Below the pieces are notes generated by a model. It saw only the letters and a list, made by a program, of their open reading frames with translations, was not told the origin of the DNA and ran no database searches. This document shows positions 46,907 through 56,427 of a DNA stretch of 64,000 bases, one piece after another. Every line of letters begins with the position of its first letter. The first letter of the stretch is position 1. This DNA comes from Pseudolabrys sp. (lineage in GTDB: Bacteria > Pseudomonadota > Alphaproteobacteria > Rhizobiales > Xanthobacteraceae): assembly GCA_046292265.1 (NCBI GenBank), contig JBKBRE010000021.1, positions 2,452 through 66,451 on the forward strand, written 5' to 3'. Position numbers and translations under genes: made by a program.

Positions 46907-47084
46907 CGCATCCTCCGGTCGTGACGTGTTCTTTTGCCGCCGATGCTAGTGGAGGGCGGTGGGCCGCGCCAGTGGGACGAGGGCCGTCCCGCCTGGCGGA
47001 ACAGCTCTGCCGACCACCGTTCGGCCATTGTCTCCTGAGAGTGGTACTTTTCCCGCCCCGCCCGATTCGGAGAACTTTCTTTCG

Positions 47085-47606
47085 ATGCCGCTCTTTCGTC
47101 CGCTCGCCGCCCTGGCGGCGCTTCTCGTCCTGGCGGCCTGCGCGGGCGACAACTTCCAGCCCAGGAGCGAGCCGAGCTTCTATCGCAATCTCGCCCGCCC
47201 CGGCGCCGAGCTCGACGCCGCCGCCGCAGCCTCGATGATCTCCGGCTACCGCGCCAACAACGGCCTGCCGGCGGTGACGCTCGATCCCGAATTGATGCGG
47301 CTGGCGCAGGCGCAGGCCGAGACGATGGCCAGGCGCGACAAGCTCGACCACGGCGCCGGCCGGCCCTTCGTGGCGCGGCTGAAGGCCTCCGGCTACGACG
47401 CCAAGACCGCGGCCGAGAACATCGGCGCCGGCTACCACACGCTGGCCGAGGCCTTCTCCGGCTGGCGCGACTCCGGCTCGCACCGCGCCAACATGCTGCT
47501 CAAGGGCGCGACCCGCATCGGCATCGCCGCGGTCTACACGCCGGCCTCAAAGTACAAGGTCTACTGGACGCTCATCCTGGCCGAGCCGGACGAGCGGAAG
47601 GGGTAG
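47085..47606 (+). CDS. CAP/SCP domain lipoprotein
   Basis: Lipobox LAAC, AENIGAG, SGSHRANML, RIGIA, YWTLIL motifs. Confidence 0.85.
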   Translation: MPLFRPLAALAALLVLAACAGDNFQPRSEPSFYRNLARPGAELDAAAAASMISGYRANNGLPAVTLDPELMRLAQAQAETMARRDKLDHGAGRPFVARLKASGYDAKTAAENIGAGYHTLAEAFSGWRDSGSHRANMLLKGATRIGIAAVYTPASKYKVYWTLILAEPDERKG

Positions 47607-47620
47607 TTGCGGCCTTTGAT

Positions 47621-47731
47621 CCGTCATCCTGAGGCGCTCGCGCGGAGCGCGAGCCTCGAAGGATGGACGGCCGAAGCGCCCGCCGTCGCCCTTCGAGGCT
47701 CGGCCTGCGGCCGAGCACCTCAGGGTGACGG
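47621..47731. repeat. Palindromic repeat family A, copy 3 (inverted)
   Basis: ccgtcatcctgagg...cctcagggtgacgg. Confidence 0.88.
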
Positions 47732-47798
47732 CTCATAGATACTCGCCTTGCCAACGCTTCCGCGCCTTCCCACACTGCCGAAAAAAGCGGGACACGGC

Positions 47799-49415
47799 AT
47801 GGCGGAAACGGGCATCGGTGACTTCGACTATATCGTCGTCGGCGCGGGCTCGGCCGGTTGCGTGCTGGCCAACCGGCTTTCCGCCGACCCGTCAAAGCGC
47901 GTGCTGCTCTTGGAAGCCGGCGGCAGGGACAACTGGATCTGGTTCCACGTCCCGGTCGGCTATCTCTTCGCCATCGGCAACCCGCGTGCCGACTGGCTGC
48001 TGAAGACCGAAGCCGAACCGGGGTTGAACGGCCGCAGCCTGAACTATCCGCGCGGCAAGGTGCTCGGCGGCTGCTCGGCCATTAACGGCATGATCTACAT
48101 GCTCGGCCAGTCGGCCGACTACGACAACTGGCGCCAGCTCGGCCTGCCCGGCTGGTCGTGGGATGACGTGCGGCCGTTCTTCCGCAAGCACGTCGATCAC
48201 TTCATCAAGGGCGAGCACCACGCGCAGGGCGGCGAGTGGCGCGTCGAGCAGCAGCGGCTGTCGTGGGAGATCCTCGAAGCCTTCCGCGCGGCCGCGATCC
48301 AGTACGGCATTCCCGCGGTGCCCGACTTCAACACCGGCGACAACGAAGGCATCTGCTACTTCCACGTCAACCAGCGGCGCGGGCGGCGCTGGTCGGCGGC
48401 GCGCGGCTTCTTGAAACCGGTGCTGCACCGGCAAAATCTGCGCGTCGAAACCGGCTGCCTCGCCGAAGGCGTGGACTTCACCGGCAGGCGCGCTACCGGC
48501 GTGCGCTGGCGCCAGGACGGCGCGGCGCGCAGCGCAACCTGCCGCGGCGAAGTCATCCTCGCCGCCGGCGCGATCGGCTCGCCGCATCTCTTGATGCTTT
48601 CGGGCGTCGGCCCCGCCGCGCATCTCAGTGAACACGGCGTGCCGGTGCTGCTCGACAAGCCGGGCGTCGGCCAGAACCTGCACGATCACTTGCAGCTGCG
48701 CACGATCTACCAGGTCACCGGCGTGAAGACCCTCAACACCATGTACGCCTCGCTTGGCGGCCGCTTGGCGATGGGGCTCGACTATCTGCTGCGCCGGCGC
48801 GGGCCGCTTACCATGTCGCCGTCGCAGCTCGGCGCCTTCACGCGCTCGGACAGGACGCAGGACCGCGCCAACATCCAGTATCACGTGCAGCCCTTGTCGC
48901 TCGACCGCTTCGGCGAGCCGCTGCACGCCTTCGGCGCCTTCACCGCGAGTGTCACCAACGTGCGGCCGACCAGCCGCGGTTCGCTCACGCTCAAGTCCGG
49001 TGACCCGGCGCAGCCGCCGGCGATCCGGCCGAACTATCTGTCGACGCCGGAGGACCGGCAGGTCGCCGCCGATTCCATCCGCGTCACGCGCGCCATCGTC
49101 GCGCAGCCGGCGCTGCGCAAATACGCGCCGGTCGAATATCTGCCCGGCAGCGCCGTCGGCGACGACGACGAAGTGCTCGCGCGCGCCGCCGGCGACATCG
49201 GCACCACCATTTTCCATCCCGTCGGCACCGCGCGCATGGGCCGCGACGACGACGCGCGCGCGGTGGTGGACGCGCGCCTGCGCGTCATCGGCTTCGATGG
49301 CCTGCGCGTCATCGACGCCTCGGTGATGCCGTCGATCACTTCCGGCAACACCAACTCGCCGGTGATGATGATCGCCGAGAAGGGCGCGGCGATGATTGGA
49401 GAGGATGGGCGGTGA
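47799..49415 (+). CDS. GMC oxidoreductase (choline dehydrogenase-like)
   Basis: GAGSAG, RGKVLGGCSAING, NLHDH, HPVGT, GNTN motifs. Confidence 0.9.
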   Translation: MAETGIGDFDYIVVGAGSAGCVLANRLSADPSKRVLLLEAGGRDNWIWFHVPVGYLFAIGNPRADWLLKTEAEPGLNGRSLNYPRGKVLGGCSAINGMIYMLGQSADYDNWRQLGLPGWSWDDVRPFFRKHVDHFIKGEHHAQGGEWRVEQQRLSWEILEAFRAAAIQYGIPAVPDFNTGDNEGICYFHVNQRRGRRWSAARGFLKPVLHRQNLRVETGCLAEGVDFTGRRATGVRWRQDGAARSATCRGEVILAAGAIGSPHLLMLSGVGPAAHLSEHGVPVLLDKPGVGQNLHDHLQLRTIYQVTGVKTLNTMYASLGGRLAMGLDYLLRRRGPLTMSPSQLGAFTRSDRTQDRANIQYHVQPLSLDRFGEPLHAFGAFTASVTNVRPTSRGSLTLKSGDPAQPPAIRPNYLSTPEDRQVAADSIRVTRAIVAQPALRKYAPVEYLPGSAVGDDDEVLARAAGDIGTTIFHPVGTARMGRDDDARAVVDARLRVIGFDGLRVIDASVMPSITSGNTNSPVMMIAEKGAAMIGEDGR

Positions 49416-49420
49416 GTTCA

Positions 49421-49576
49421 CCTCTCCCCGCGTGCGGGGAGAGGTCGCCCGCCGAGCGCGAGCGATGACGGGCGGGTGAGGGGGCGTTATCGTGAGTCTG
49501 AGCTTCGAGGAAACGCCCCCTCACCCGGCTCGCACCTGCGGTGCTCGCCACCCTCTCCCCGCAAGCGGGGAGAGGG
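49421..49576. repeat. Palindromic repeat family D, copy 2
   Basis: cctctccccgcgtgcggggagagg...ccctctccccgcaagcggggagaggg. Confidence 0.85.
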
Positions 49577-49579
49577 AAG

Positions 49580-51982
49580 TCACAACGCTCGTAAATGCCT
49601 GATCGGCCGTCCCGGCGCGATGGCCTGCGCGGCGGCGACGATCGAATTGGCGTCGATGCCGTAGTGCCGGTAGAGATCGGCCAGCGAGCCGGTCTGGCCG
49701 AAATGCTCGACGCCGAGCGCGCGCGTGCGGTGGCCGTTGACCGCGCCGAACCAGGCGAGCGTCGCCGGATGACCGTCCACCACGCTGACGATGCCGCAAT
49801 GTTGTGGCACGTCCTCCAGCAGCCGTTCGATATGCGCGCGCGCATGCACCAGCCCGCGCTCGCGCGCGCGCTGCGCCGCGCTCCAGCCGGCGTTGAGCCG
49901 GTCGGCCGAGGTGATGGCGAGCAGGCCGACGTCGCGGCGGTCCTCCGCCATCAGCCCGATCGCCTCGATCGCCTCCGGCGCGATCGCGCCCGTGTAGGCC
50001 ACGATCACCTGCGCGTTCGGCCCCGGCTTGCGCAGCCAGTAGGCGCCGTCGACGATGTCGCGCGCAAGCTCCGGCGTCATCGCGCGCTTGATCTGCTCGA
50101 TCGGCCGCGTCGACAGCCGCAGATAGACCGAGCCGCCGGTCTCGTCGCGCAGCCATGTTCGTTCATCAACCTCGCCGCCCGACTTCTGCATGTAGTCGAA
50201 CGACCAGCGCATGATCACGGCGAGCTCGTCCACATAAGCCGGCTCGAACGCGGCGAGCCCGTCCTGCGCCATGCCGATCAGCGGTTCGGCGATCGACTGG
50301 TGCGCGCCGCCTTCGCCGGCGAGCGTGATGCCGGAGGGCGTCGCCACCACCATGAAGCGGGCGTCCTGGTAGCAGGCGTAGTTCAGTTGATCGAGCCCGC
50401 GCGCGATGAACGGATCGTACAGCGTGCCGATCGGCAAGAGCCGCGCGCCGTTGATACTATGCGACAGGCCGAGCGCGGAGAGCGCGATGAACAGGTTGGC
50501 TTCGGCGATGCCGAGCTCGATATGCTGGCCCTTGGGCGAGAACTCCCAGTGGAAGGTGGAGGGGATGCGCTCGCTCTTGAAGGTGTCGGCCACCGTCTCG
50601 CGCGCGAACAGGCCGCGGCGGTTCACCCAGGGCCCGAGATTGGTCGAGACGGTGACGTCGGGCGAGGTGGTGACGATGCGCCGCGCGAACTCGCTGTCGG
50701 TGCGGCCGATCTCGTTGAGGATGGCGCCGAAGCCGGTCTGCGTCGCCATCAGCGGCTGAACGGCGACCGGCAGGCTCTCCGGCACCGGAATTGCCGGCGC
50801 GGAGAGGCGCCGCTCGCCGCCTTGCGCGAACGGCACGCGGTCGAGAAAGGCCTGCAGCGCGTCGGCGTCGGCGAGGCCCTCGAACTTGTCCCACTCGTGG
50901 CCGGCGCGCACGCCCTGGGCGTCGCGGAAGGCTTCCATCTGCGCCGGCGTCATCATGCCGGCGTGGTTATCCTTGTGCCCGGCCATCGGCAGGCCGAAGC
51001 CCTTCACCGTGTAGCAGATGAAGCAGGTCGGCTTGTCGCTCGTGGCATTGTGGAAGGCCTCGAGCAGCGCCGGCAGGTCGTGGCCGCCGAGATTGTTCAT
51101 GAGCCGCGCGAGCTCGGCGTCGGAGCGCTTCGCGATCAGGCGCGACACGTCGCCCTGGTCGCCGATCTCGTCGTTGAGGCGCTTGCGCCAGGCCGCGCCG
51201 CCGGCGAACACCAGCGCCGAGTAGAGCTGGTTCGGGCAGTTGTCGATCCAGGCCTTCAGTCTGTCGCCGCCCGGCTCCTTGAAGGCCGCCTGTTGCAGCG
51301 AGCCGTACTTCACGATGACGACGTTCCAGCCGAAGTTCTTGAACAGCTGCTCGTAACGCTCCCACAGGCCCTCGCGCACGACCGCGTCGAGGCTCTGCCG
51401 GTTGTAGTCGATGATCCACCAGCAATTGCGCAGGCCCTGCTTCCACCCTTCGAGCAGCGCTTCGAAGATGTTGCCTTCGTCGAGCTCGGCGTCGCCGACC
51501 AGCGCCACCATGCGGCCTTCGGCCCGCGTTTTTCCGTTAATTTCCTGGCCCCAGCCGTGCGCGCGCACGTAGTCCTGCACCAGCGAGGAGAACAGCGTCT
51601 GCGCGACGCCCAGGCCGACCGAGCCGGTGGAGAAGTCGACGTCGTCGGCATCCTTGGTGCGCGACGGGTAGCTCTGCGCGCCCTTGTAGCCGCGGAAGGC
51701 CTCCATCCGTTCGCGCGTCTGCTTGCCGAGCAGATACTGGATGGCGTGGAAGACGGGCGAAGCATGCGGCTTCACCGCGACGCGGTCTTCCGGCTTGAGC
51801 ACGTCGAAATAGAGCGCGGTCATGATCGTCGCCAGCGACGCGCTCGACGCCTGATGGCCGCCGACCTTCAGCCCGTCGGTGTTCTCGCGCAGGTGGTTGG
51901 CGTTGTGGATCATCCAGCTCGCCAGCCAGAGCGCCTTGCGCTCCAGCGCGGCGAGGATGGGGAGGGTGTCAGGTCTCGTCAT
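49580..51982 (-). CDS. Homodimeric 2-oxoacid dehydrogenase E1 (AceE/MdeB-like, transketolase fold)
   Basis: KVGGHQASS, KPHASP, STGSVGLG, GDAELDEGN...DYNRQSLD (TPP motif), EGGAHQS. Confidence 0.82.
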   Translation of the reverse strand: MTRPDTLPILAALERKALWLASWMIHNANHLRENTDGLKVGGHQASSASLATIMTALYFDVLKPEDRVAVKPHASPVFHAIQYLLGKQTRERMEAFRGYKGAQSYPSRTKDADDVDFSTGSVGLGVAQTLFSSLVQDYVRAHGWGQEINGKTRAEGRMVALVGDAELDEGNIFEALLEGWKQGLRNCWWIIDYNRQSLDAVVREGLWERYEQLFKNFGWNVVIVKYGSLQQAAFKEPGGDRLKAWIDNCPNQLYSALVFAGGAAWRKRLNDEIGDQGDVSRLIAKRSDAELARLMNNLGGHDLPALLEAFHNATSDKPTCFICYTVKGFGLPMAGHKDNHAGMMTPAQMEAFRDAQGVRAGHEWDKFEGLADADALQAFLDRVPFAQGGERRLSAPAIPVPESLPVAVQPLMATQTGFGAILNEIGRTDSEFARRIVTTSPDVTVSTNLGPWVNRRGLFARETVADTFKSERIPSTFHWEFSPKGQHIELGIAEANLFIALSALGLSHSINGARLLPIGTLYDPFIARGLDQLNYACYQDARFMVVATPSGITLAGEGGAHQSIAEPLIGMAQDGLAAFEPAYVDELAVIMRWSFDYMQKSGGEVDERTWLRDETGGSVYLRLSTRPIEQIKRAMTPELARDIVDGAYWLRKPGPNAQVIVAYTGAIAPEAIEAIGLMAEDRRDVGLLAITSADRLNAGWSAAQRARERGLVHARAHIERLLEDVPQHCGIVSVVDGHPATLAWFGAVNGHRTRALGVEHFGQTGSLADLYRHYGIDANSIVAAAQAIAPGRPIRHLRAL

Positions 51983-52010
51983 GGCGCAACCGTCTCGCAC
52001 GAAGTCAGTC

Positions 52011-52141
52011 CCGTCACCCTGAGGTGCGCGCGCAGCGCGCCTCGAAGGGCGGCGGCCAGGGTCTTGCAGCACGTGGCGTCTCAAAGGCCGTTCATCCTTC
52101 GAGGCTTGGCAGCTTCGCTGCCTCGCACCTCAGGATGACGG
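52011..52141. repeat. Palindromic repeat family A, copy 4
   Basis: ccgtcaccctgagg...cctcaggatgacgg, 28 nt upstream of the E1 start. Confidence 0.87.
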
Positions 52142-52245
52142 GTCGAATTCTGCGCCTCCTGCCGTGGCGTTGCTTGCCAATATGGGCTACGATCTCCACC
52201 AATATTGGCTGAATCTGCCAAAAAATGATCAACAACAGGTGACTT

Positions 52246-52716
52246 ATGCCAATGCCGGTCCTGGACGCGGTGGACCTGAAGATCCTGCGCCACCTGCAGG
52301 ACGACGGCCGCATGAGCCTCGCCGATCTCGCCGACAAGGTCGGCCTGTCGCCGTCGCCCTGCCTGCGCCGGGTGCGCATCCTGGAAAAGGCCGGCGTGAT
52401 CGCGCGCTACGTCGCGGTGCTCGACCAGCGCGCGGTCGGGCTGCCGGTCAGCGTGTTCATTTCGGTGAAGCTCGAGAAGCAGCGCGAGGAATTGCTCGAC
52501 CGCTTCGCCAAGACCATCGCGCGCTGGCCGGAAGTGCTCGAGTGTTATCTGATGACCGGTCCGCGCGACTACCTGTTGCGCGTGGTGGTGCCCGACCTGC
52601 CGGCCTACGAGCGCTTCCTCAAGCAGAAGCTGACCCGGCTCGAAGGCATCGCCTCGATCGAATCGAGCTTCGCGCTGGAGCAGGTGAAGTACACCAATGT
52701 GCTGCCGGTGGCGTGA
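52246..52716 (+). CDS. Lrp/AsnC family transcriptional regulator
   Basis: LDAVDLKIL, VGLSPSPCLRRVR, ECYLMTG..DYLLRVV motifs. Confidence 0.93.
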   Translation: MPMPVLDAVDLKILRHLQDDGRMSLADLADKVGLSPSPCLRRVRILEKAGVIARYVAVLDQRAVGLPVSVFISVKLEKQREELLDRFAKTIARWPEVLECYLMTGPRDYLLRVVVPDLPAYERFLKQKLTRLEGIASIESSFALEQVKYTNVLPVA

Positions 52717-52724
52717 CGTCTTAT

Positions 52725-52846
52725 CCCTCCCCCGCTTGCGGGGGAGGGTGGCCAGCGAAGCTGGCCGGGTGGGGGTTGTCAGCATGCATTGAAACTTGAC
52801 CCCACCCCCGGCGCTGCGCGCCGGTCCCTCCCCGTTGAAGGGATGG
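52725..52846. repeat. Palindromic repeat family D, copy 3 (right arm degenerate)
   Basis: ccctcccccgcttgcgggggaggg...ccctccccg; right end is approximate. Confidence 0.7.
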
Positions 52847-53711
52847 CTAAAAACCGCACCATCACCAGCAACGCCCCCCGCCCCCGGATCCACGCCACGA
52901 ATAAGGAGCCGCTCATGATCGGGCCGACGCCTTCCGGCGTGCCGGTCATGATCACGTCGCCCGGATGCAGCGTGTAGAACGAGGTCGCGAACACGATCAG
53001 GTCGGCGATATCGATGATGAGGTCGCGCGTGTTCGCCTTCTGCCGCGTCTCGTCGTTGACGGTGAGCAGAAGGTCGAGGTTCGACGGGTCCTTCACCGCG
53101 TCGGCGGTGACGAGCCACGGGCCGAGCACGCTGTAGCCGTCGATCGACTTGCGCAAGGATCGCTCCTCCGGCCCGCGCACCGTGATGTCGAGCCCGATGC
53201 AGTAGCCGGCGACGTGGCTCAGCGCGTCTTCGCGCGTCACCTTGTTCGCCGTCGTGCCGATCACTGCGGCCAGCTCGATCTCGTGGTCGGTGCGGCGCTC
53301 CGGATGACGGATGGCGAAGCCTTCGCTCGGTCCGACCAGCGAACTTGTCGCCTTCAGGAACAACCCGACGCGCTGGATTTCCGCCACCTGGTTCTGGTGA
53401 TGGATCTGCGGGTCGGCGCGCGCCTCGTCGAGATGCTTCTTGTAGTTGACCGGCGCGGCGACGATCTTGCCCGGATTGGCGATCGGGCTCAGCATTTTGC
53501 ATTGCGCAAGCTGCATGCTCTTCGCCGCCTTCGCCGCCTTCGCCGCCGCTTCGATGGCGGGGCGCAACGTGGGCAGGTTGGCGATCAGCAGATCGTAAGT
53601 GGGCAGCGGGTAGCGCGCGGCTGGCAGCGCATCGAGTGCGGCGGTGACGTCCTTGACGGTGTCGCCTTCGACCAGCCCGAGGCGGTTGTCGTTGAAGCGG
53701 CAGAGTTGCAT
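52779..53711 (-). CDS. Fumarylacetoacetate hydrolase family protein with an anomalous C-terminus
   Basis: KIVAAPVNY, FLK, DHEIELA, GLDITVR, RKSIDG, PGDVIMTGTP motifs; ORF extends into repeat D3. Confidence 0.85.
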   Translation of the reverse strand: MQLCRFNDNRLGLVEGDTVKDVTAALDALPAARYPLPTYDLLIANLPTLRPAIEAAAKAAKAAKSMQLAQCKMLSPIANPGKIVAAPVNYKKHLDEARADPQIHHQNQVAEIQRVGLFLKATSSLVGPSEGFAIRHPERRTDHEIELAAVIGTTANKVTREDALSHVAGYCIGLDITVRGPEERSLRKSIDGYSVLGPWLVTADAVKDPSNLDLLLTVNDETRQKANTRDLIIDIADLIVFATSFYTLHPGDVIMTGTPEGVGPIMSGSLFVAWIRGRGALLVMVRFLAIPSTGRDRRAAPGVGSSFNAC

Positions 53712-53821
53712 TGCGGCGGGGCCTTCGTGTCTGCGGGAGCGAATTTCCCGCAGCATTTCTCACGTTTCGAGAGCCTGCGCCAGACCCGCTCGTTCCCGCG
53801 GAAGGGAGGAGTGCCGCCGCG

Positions 53822-55120
53822 TCAGTTCTTTGCCGAGCGCTCGCGCGCGCGCTCGACTTCTCGCGCCGGCGCATTCAGCACCGTCTGGCAGGCCGGCGGC
53901 AGGTCGGCCATGGTGATCGGCTTCGGTCCCTTGCCGCCCGGCACGATCTTCGGCTTCAGCACCTTGTCGGAAAACCAGTGCGCCAGTTCCTTGTCGCCGC
54001 AGCCGTCACCGTCCGGCACGTCGGGCTGGCCACGGCAGTTCGGCGAGTCGGCCGGGCACTTCAGCCGCACATGAATGTGATCGTGATGCCAGTACCAGGG
54101 CCGCACCTTCTTCAGCCAGGACGCGCCGTTCTTGCCGGCGACGCGGCACAGCTCTTTCTTGATCGCGGCGTTCACCAGCACGCGCTCGACCTCGGGCTGC
54201 TCGGCGGCGGTGCGGATGAAGGCGACCTGCTGCGGCGACCAGGTTTTCGGATTGAGGCCCTTCCAGTCGTCGGAGACGAGGTTGACCGCGGAAATCTTCT
54301 CGCGCTCTTCGGCGCTCAGCGTGTGGTCCGGCATCGGCATGAACCAGATGTCGACGTCGAGCCCGGTCTGGTGGCTTCTGTGCCCGTAGGGCGTCGGGCC
54401 GCCGCGCGGCTGCGCCATGTCGCCGACCAGGATGCCTTTCCAGCCGGTGGCCTTGGCGGCGGCGGGCGCGAAGCGTTCGAGGAAGCGGACGAGGTCCGGA
54501 TGGCCCCAGTTGCGGTTGCGCGAGACGCGCATGACCTGCCAGTTCGGGCCGTTGATCGGCAGTTCGACGCCGCCGGAGAGGCAGCCGCTCGGGTAGTAGC
54601 CGATCGCCATGGCCTTGCCGAGCGAGGGCAGTTGCTTGGCGGCGAAAAGATATTTGGCGACCGCCTTCGCACCTTCCATCGCCGGCTTGTGCGGCGGCAG
54701 CGGCGGCGCGACCACCGCCTGCGATGGCGCGGGCGTCGGAATCGCCGGCGCGGTGACGACCGGGGCCGGCTGCGGTTCGGGGGTGGCAGCGGGCGGCGCG
54801 GTGACGACTGGCGTCGGCTCGGTCGGCGTGGTGCCCGCAGGTGCGGCGTCGGGCGCGGTCAGCGTCGCCGGCGTGGGTGTCGCGACGACGGGTTCTGGCG
54901 GCGGGGGAGCGGCCGGAGCGGGCGCGGCCTGTTGCGCGGGCGCGGGCGAAACGATCGGTGCGGGTGAGGGTGCAGCCGCGCTCGGCGCTGCCTCCGCCGC
55001 CGGCGCCTCGCTCGCGACTTGCGCTTGCGACTGCACGACCGCCACGCGGTCGGCGACCAGAATGGCGCCGGCCACGAAGGCAATCGATATACTGAACAGG
55101 GCCGCGATCCGCGCGAGCAT
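53822..55120 (-). CDS. mepA: Penicillin-insensitive murein endopeptidase with Pro/Ala-rich N-terminal linker
   Basis: IGYYPSGCL, RNRNWGHP, GDMAQPRGG, HRSHQTGLDVD, HHDHIHVRL motifs. Confidence 0.9.
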   Translation of the reverse strand: MLARIAALFSISIAFVAGAILVADRVAVVQSQAQVASEAPAAEAAPSAAAPSPAPIVSPAPAQQAAPAPAAPPPPEPVVATPTPATLTAPDAAPAGTTPTEPTPVVTAPPAATPEPQPAPVVTAPAIPTPAPSQAVVAPPLPPHKPAMEGAKAVAKYLFAAKQLPSLGKAMAIGYYPSGCLSGGVELPINGPNWQVMRVSRNRNWGHPDLVRFLERFAPAAAKATGWKGILVGDMAQPRGGPTPYGHRSHQTGLDVDIWFMPMPDHTLSAEEREKISAVNLVSDDWKGLNPKTWSPQQVAFIRTAAEQPEVERVLVNAAIKKELCRVAGKNGASWLKKVRPWYWHHDHIHVRLKCPADSPNCRGQPDVPDGDGCGDKELAHWFSDKVLKPKIVPGGKGPKPITMADLPPACQTVLNAPAREVERARERSAKN

Positions 55121-55247
55121 GGCGATCCCCGTCTAGCCGCTTCGCGCGCCGCTGTCAGGTTAAATGCGCGGCATGGTTTAAAGCGCGGCCGGTGGTGCTC
55201 TTGTCCGGCGTTCACGGAAAGTCTAATCCTGCCAATGGCTTTTATGG

Positions 55248-55262
55248 TTAACAAACGCTTTA
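55248..55262. promoter_or_regulatory. CtrA-like box (one mismatch)
   Basis: TTAA-caaacgc-TTTA; minus strand reads TAAA-N7-TTAAC; in the divergent mepA/ldt intergenic region. Confidence 0.4.
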
Positions 55263-55320
55263 CAGGGCGGACCGCGCCGGGCGATGCTAGCCGCCGGCGA
55301 TACCGTCGTGGGTTGATGTC

Positions 55321-56352
55321 ATGCGCAAGCTCGCTCTCATCGCCATGGGAACCTTGCTGAGCCTGCCGGTCGCGGCGCAGGCCGAGCTGGTCGTCAACAT
55401 CAGCAAGAAGCAGCAGGAGCTTTCCGTCGTGGTGAACGGCGAGACCGCCTATCGCTGGCCGGTCTCCACCGGGCGCCCGCGCTACCCGACGCCGGTCGGC
55501 AAGTTTCGTCCGATCCGTCTCGAGAAGGACTGGTACTCGCGCAAGTACAACCGCACGCCGATGCCGTGGTCGGTGTTCTTCTATCGCGGCTACGCCATTC
55601 ACGGCACGCTGGACACCAGGAAGCTCGGCCGCGCGGTGTCGCACGGCTGCGTGCGCCTGCTGCCGTCCAACGCCGCGATCCTGTTCGCGATGGTGCGTTC
55701 GCACGGCATGAACAAGACGCAGTTCGTGGTGACGAACGGCGCGCTGCCGAATACGCATGTGCCGCCTCCGCCCGCGCCGAAGCGTCCGCAGGATGTTCCG
55801 GCCGCGGTCGCGCAAGGTCCGGCTGACGTGCCGTTGCCGCTGGTCCGCGTTGCGCGCCATGCCGCGCCGCAGCCGGATGCGCCGGTGACGGCGATCGATG
55901 TGCTGCCTGTCGCGGCGCCCGAGTCCATCCGGGACTCCGAGCCCGCGCCGCCTGCCCAGCCGGAGCCGGCCGTCCAGCTCGCCATCCGCCACGATGCCGC
56001 GCGCGAAGCGCACGATGGCGACGATGCCGCCGAGCCCCGGGCGAGCGCCAGTGACGAGCCCGCCATCGGCATGCCGATTGCCGCCGCGCCGGTCGAGGCC
56101 GTGGTGGAGCCCGAGGCGCCGCCGGCCGCGGCCGTGCTCGAGCCCGATCCGGTGCCGCTGCCCGCGGCCAGGCCCGCGCCTGTCACGCGCGCCGCCGTTC
56201 ATGTGGCGAAGGAAACGCACGAGCCGGCGCCGAAGCGCGTCGGGCCCGCGCGCGCCGACTACAGCGTCTCCGTCGGCAGCGAGGCGCAAGTGCTGCGCGA
56301 GCGCGAGGCCTGGCTGCGCAGCCTCGACCGTCGCTTCGGAATCGCGCGTTAA
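55321..56352 (+). CDS. L,D-transpeptidase with long Pro/Ala-rich C-terminal tail
   Basis: WPVSTG, PMPWSVFF, GYAIHGT, SHGCVRL motifs. Confidence 0.88.
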   Translation: MRKLALIAMGTLLSLPVAAQAELVVNISKKQQELSVVVNGETAYRWPVSTGRPRYPTPVGKFRPIRLEKDWYSRKYNRTPMPWSVFFYRGYAIHGTLDTRKLGRAVSHGCVRLLPSNAAILFAMVRSHGMNKTQFVVTNGALPNTHVPPPPAPKRPQDVPAAVAQGPADVPLPLVRVARHAAPQPDAPVTAIDVLPVAAPESIRDSEPAPPAQPEPAVQLAIRHDAAREAHDGDDAAEPRASASDEPAIGMPIAAAPVEAVVEPEAPPAAAVLEPDPVPLPAARPAPVTRAAVHVAKETHEPAPKRVGPARADYSVSVGSEAQVLREREAWLRSLDRRFGIAR

Positions 56353-56427
56353 CCAGCGCGCTCGCCAATCGAACCGCCGCCGCAGCGCATTTGCGATAAT
56401 GACACGGCTTCACTGCGAAGGAACGTC

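Noticed and set aside
55160-55181. TTAA...TTAA pair near mepA as a CtrA site
   Set aside because: Spacing is 14 nt rather than 7.
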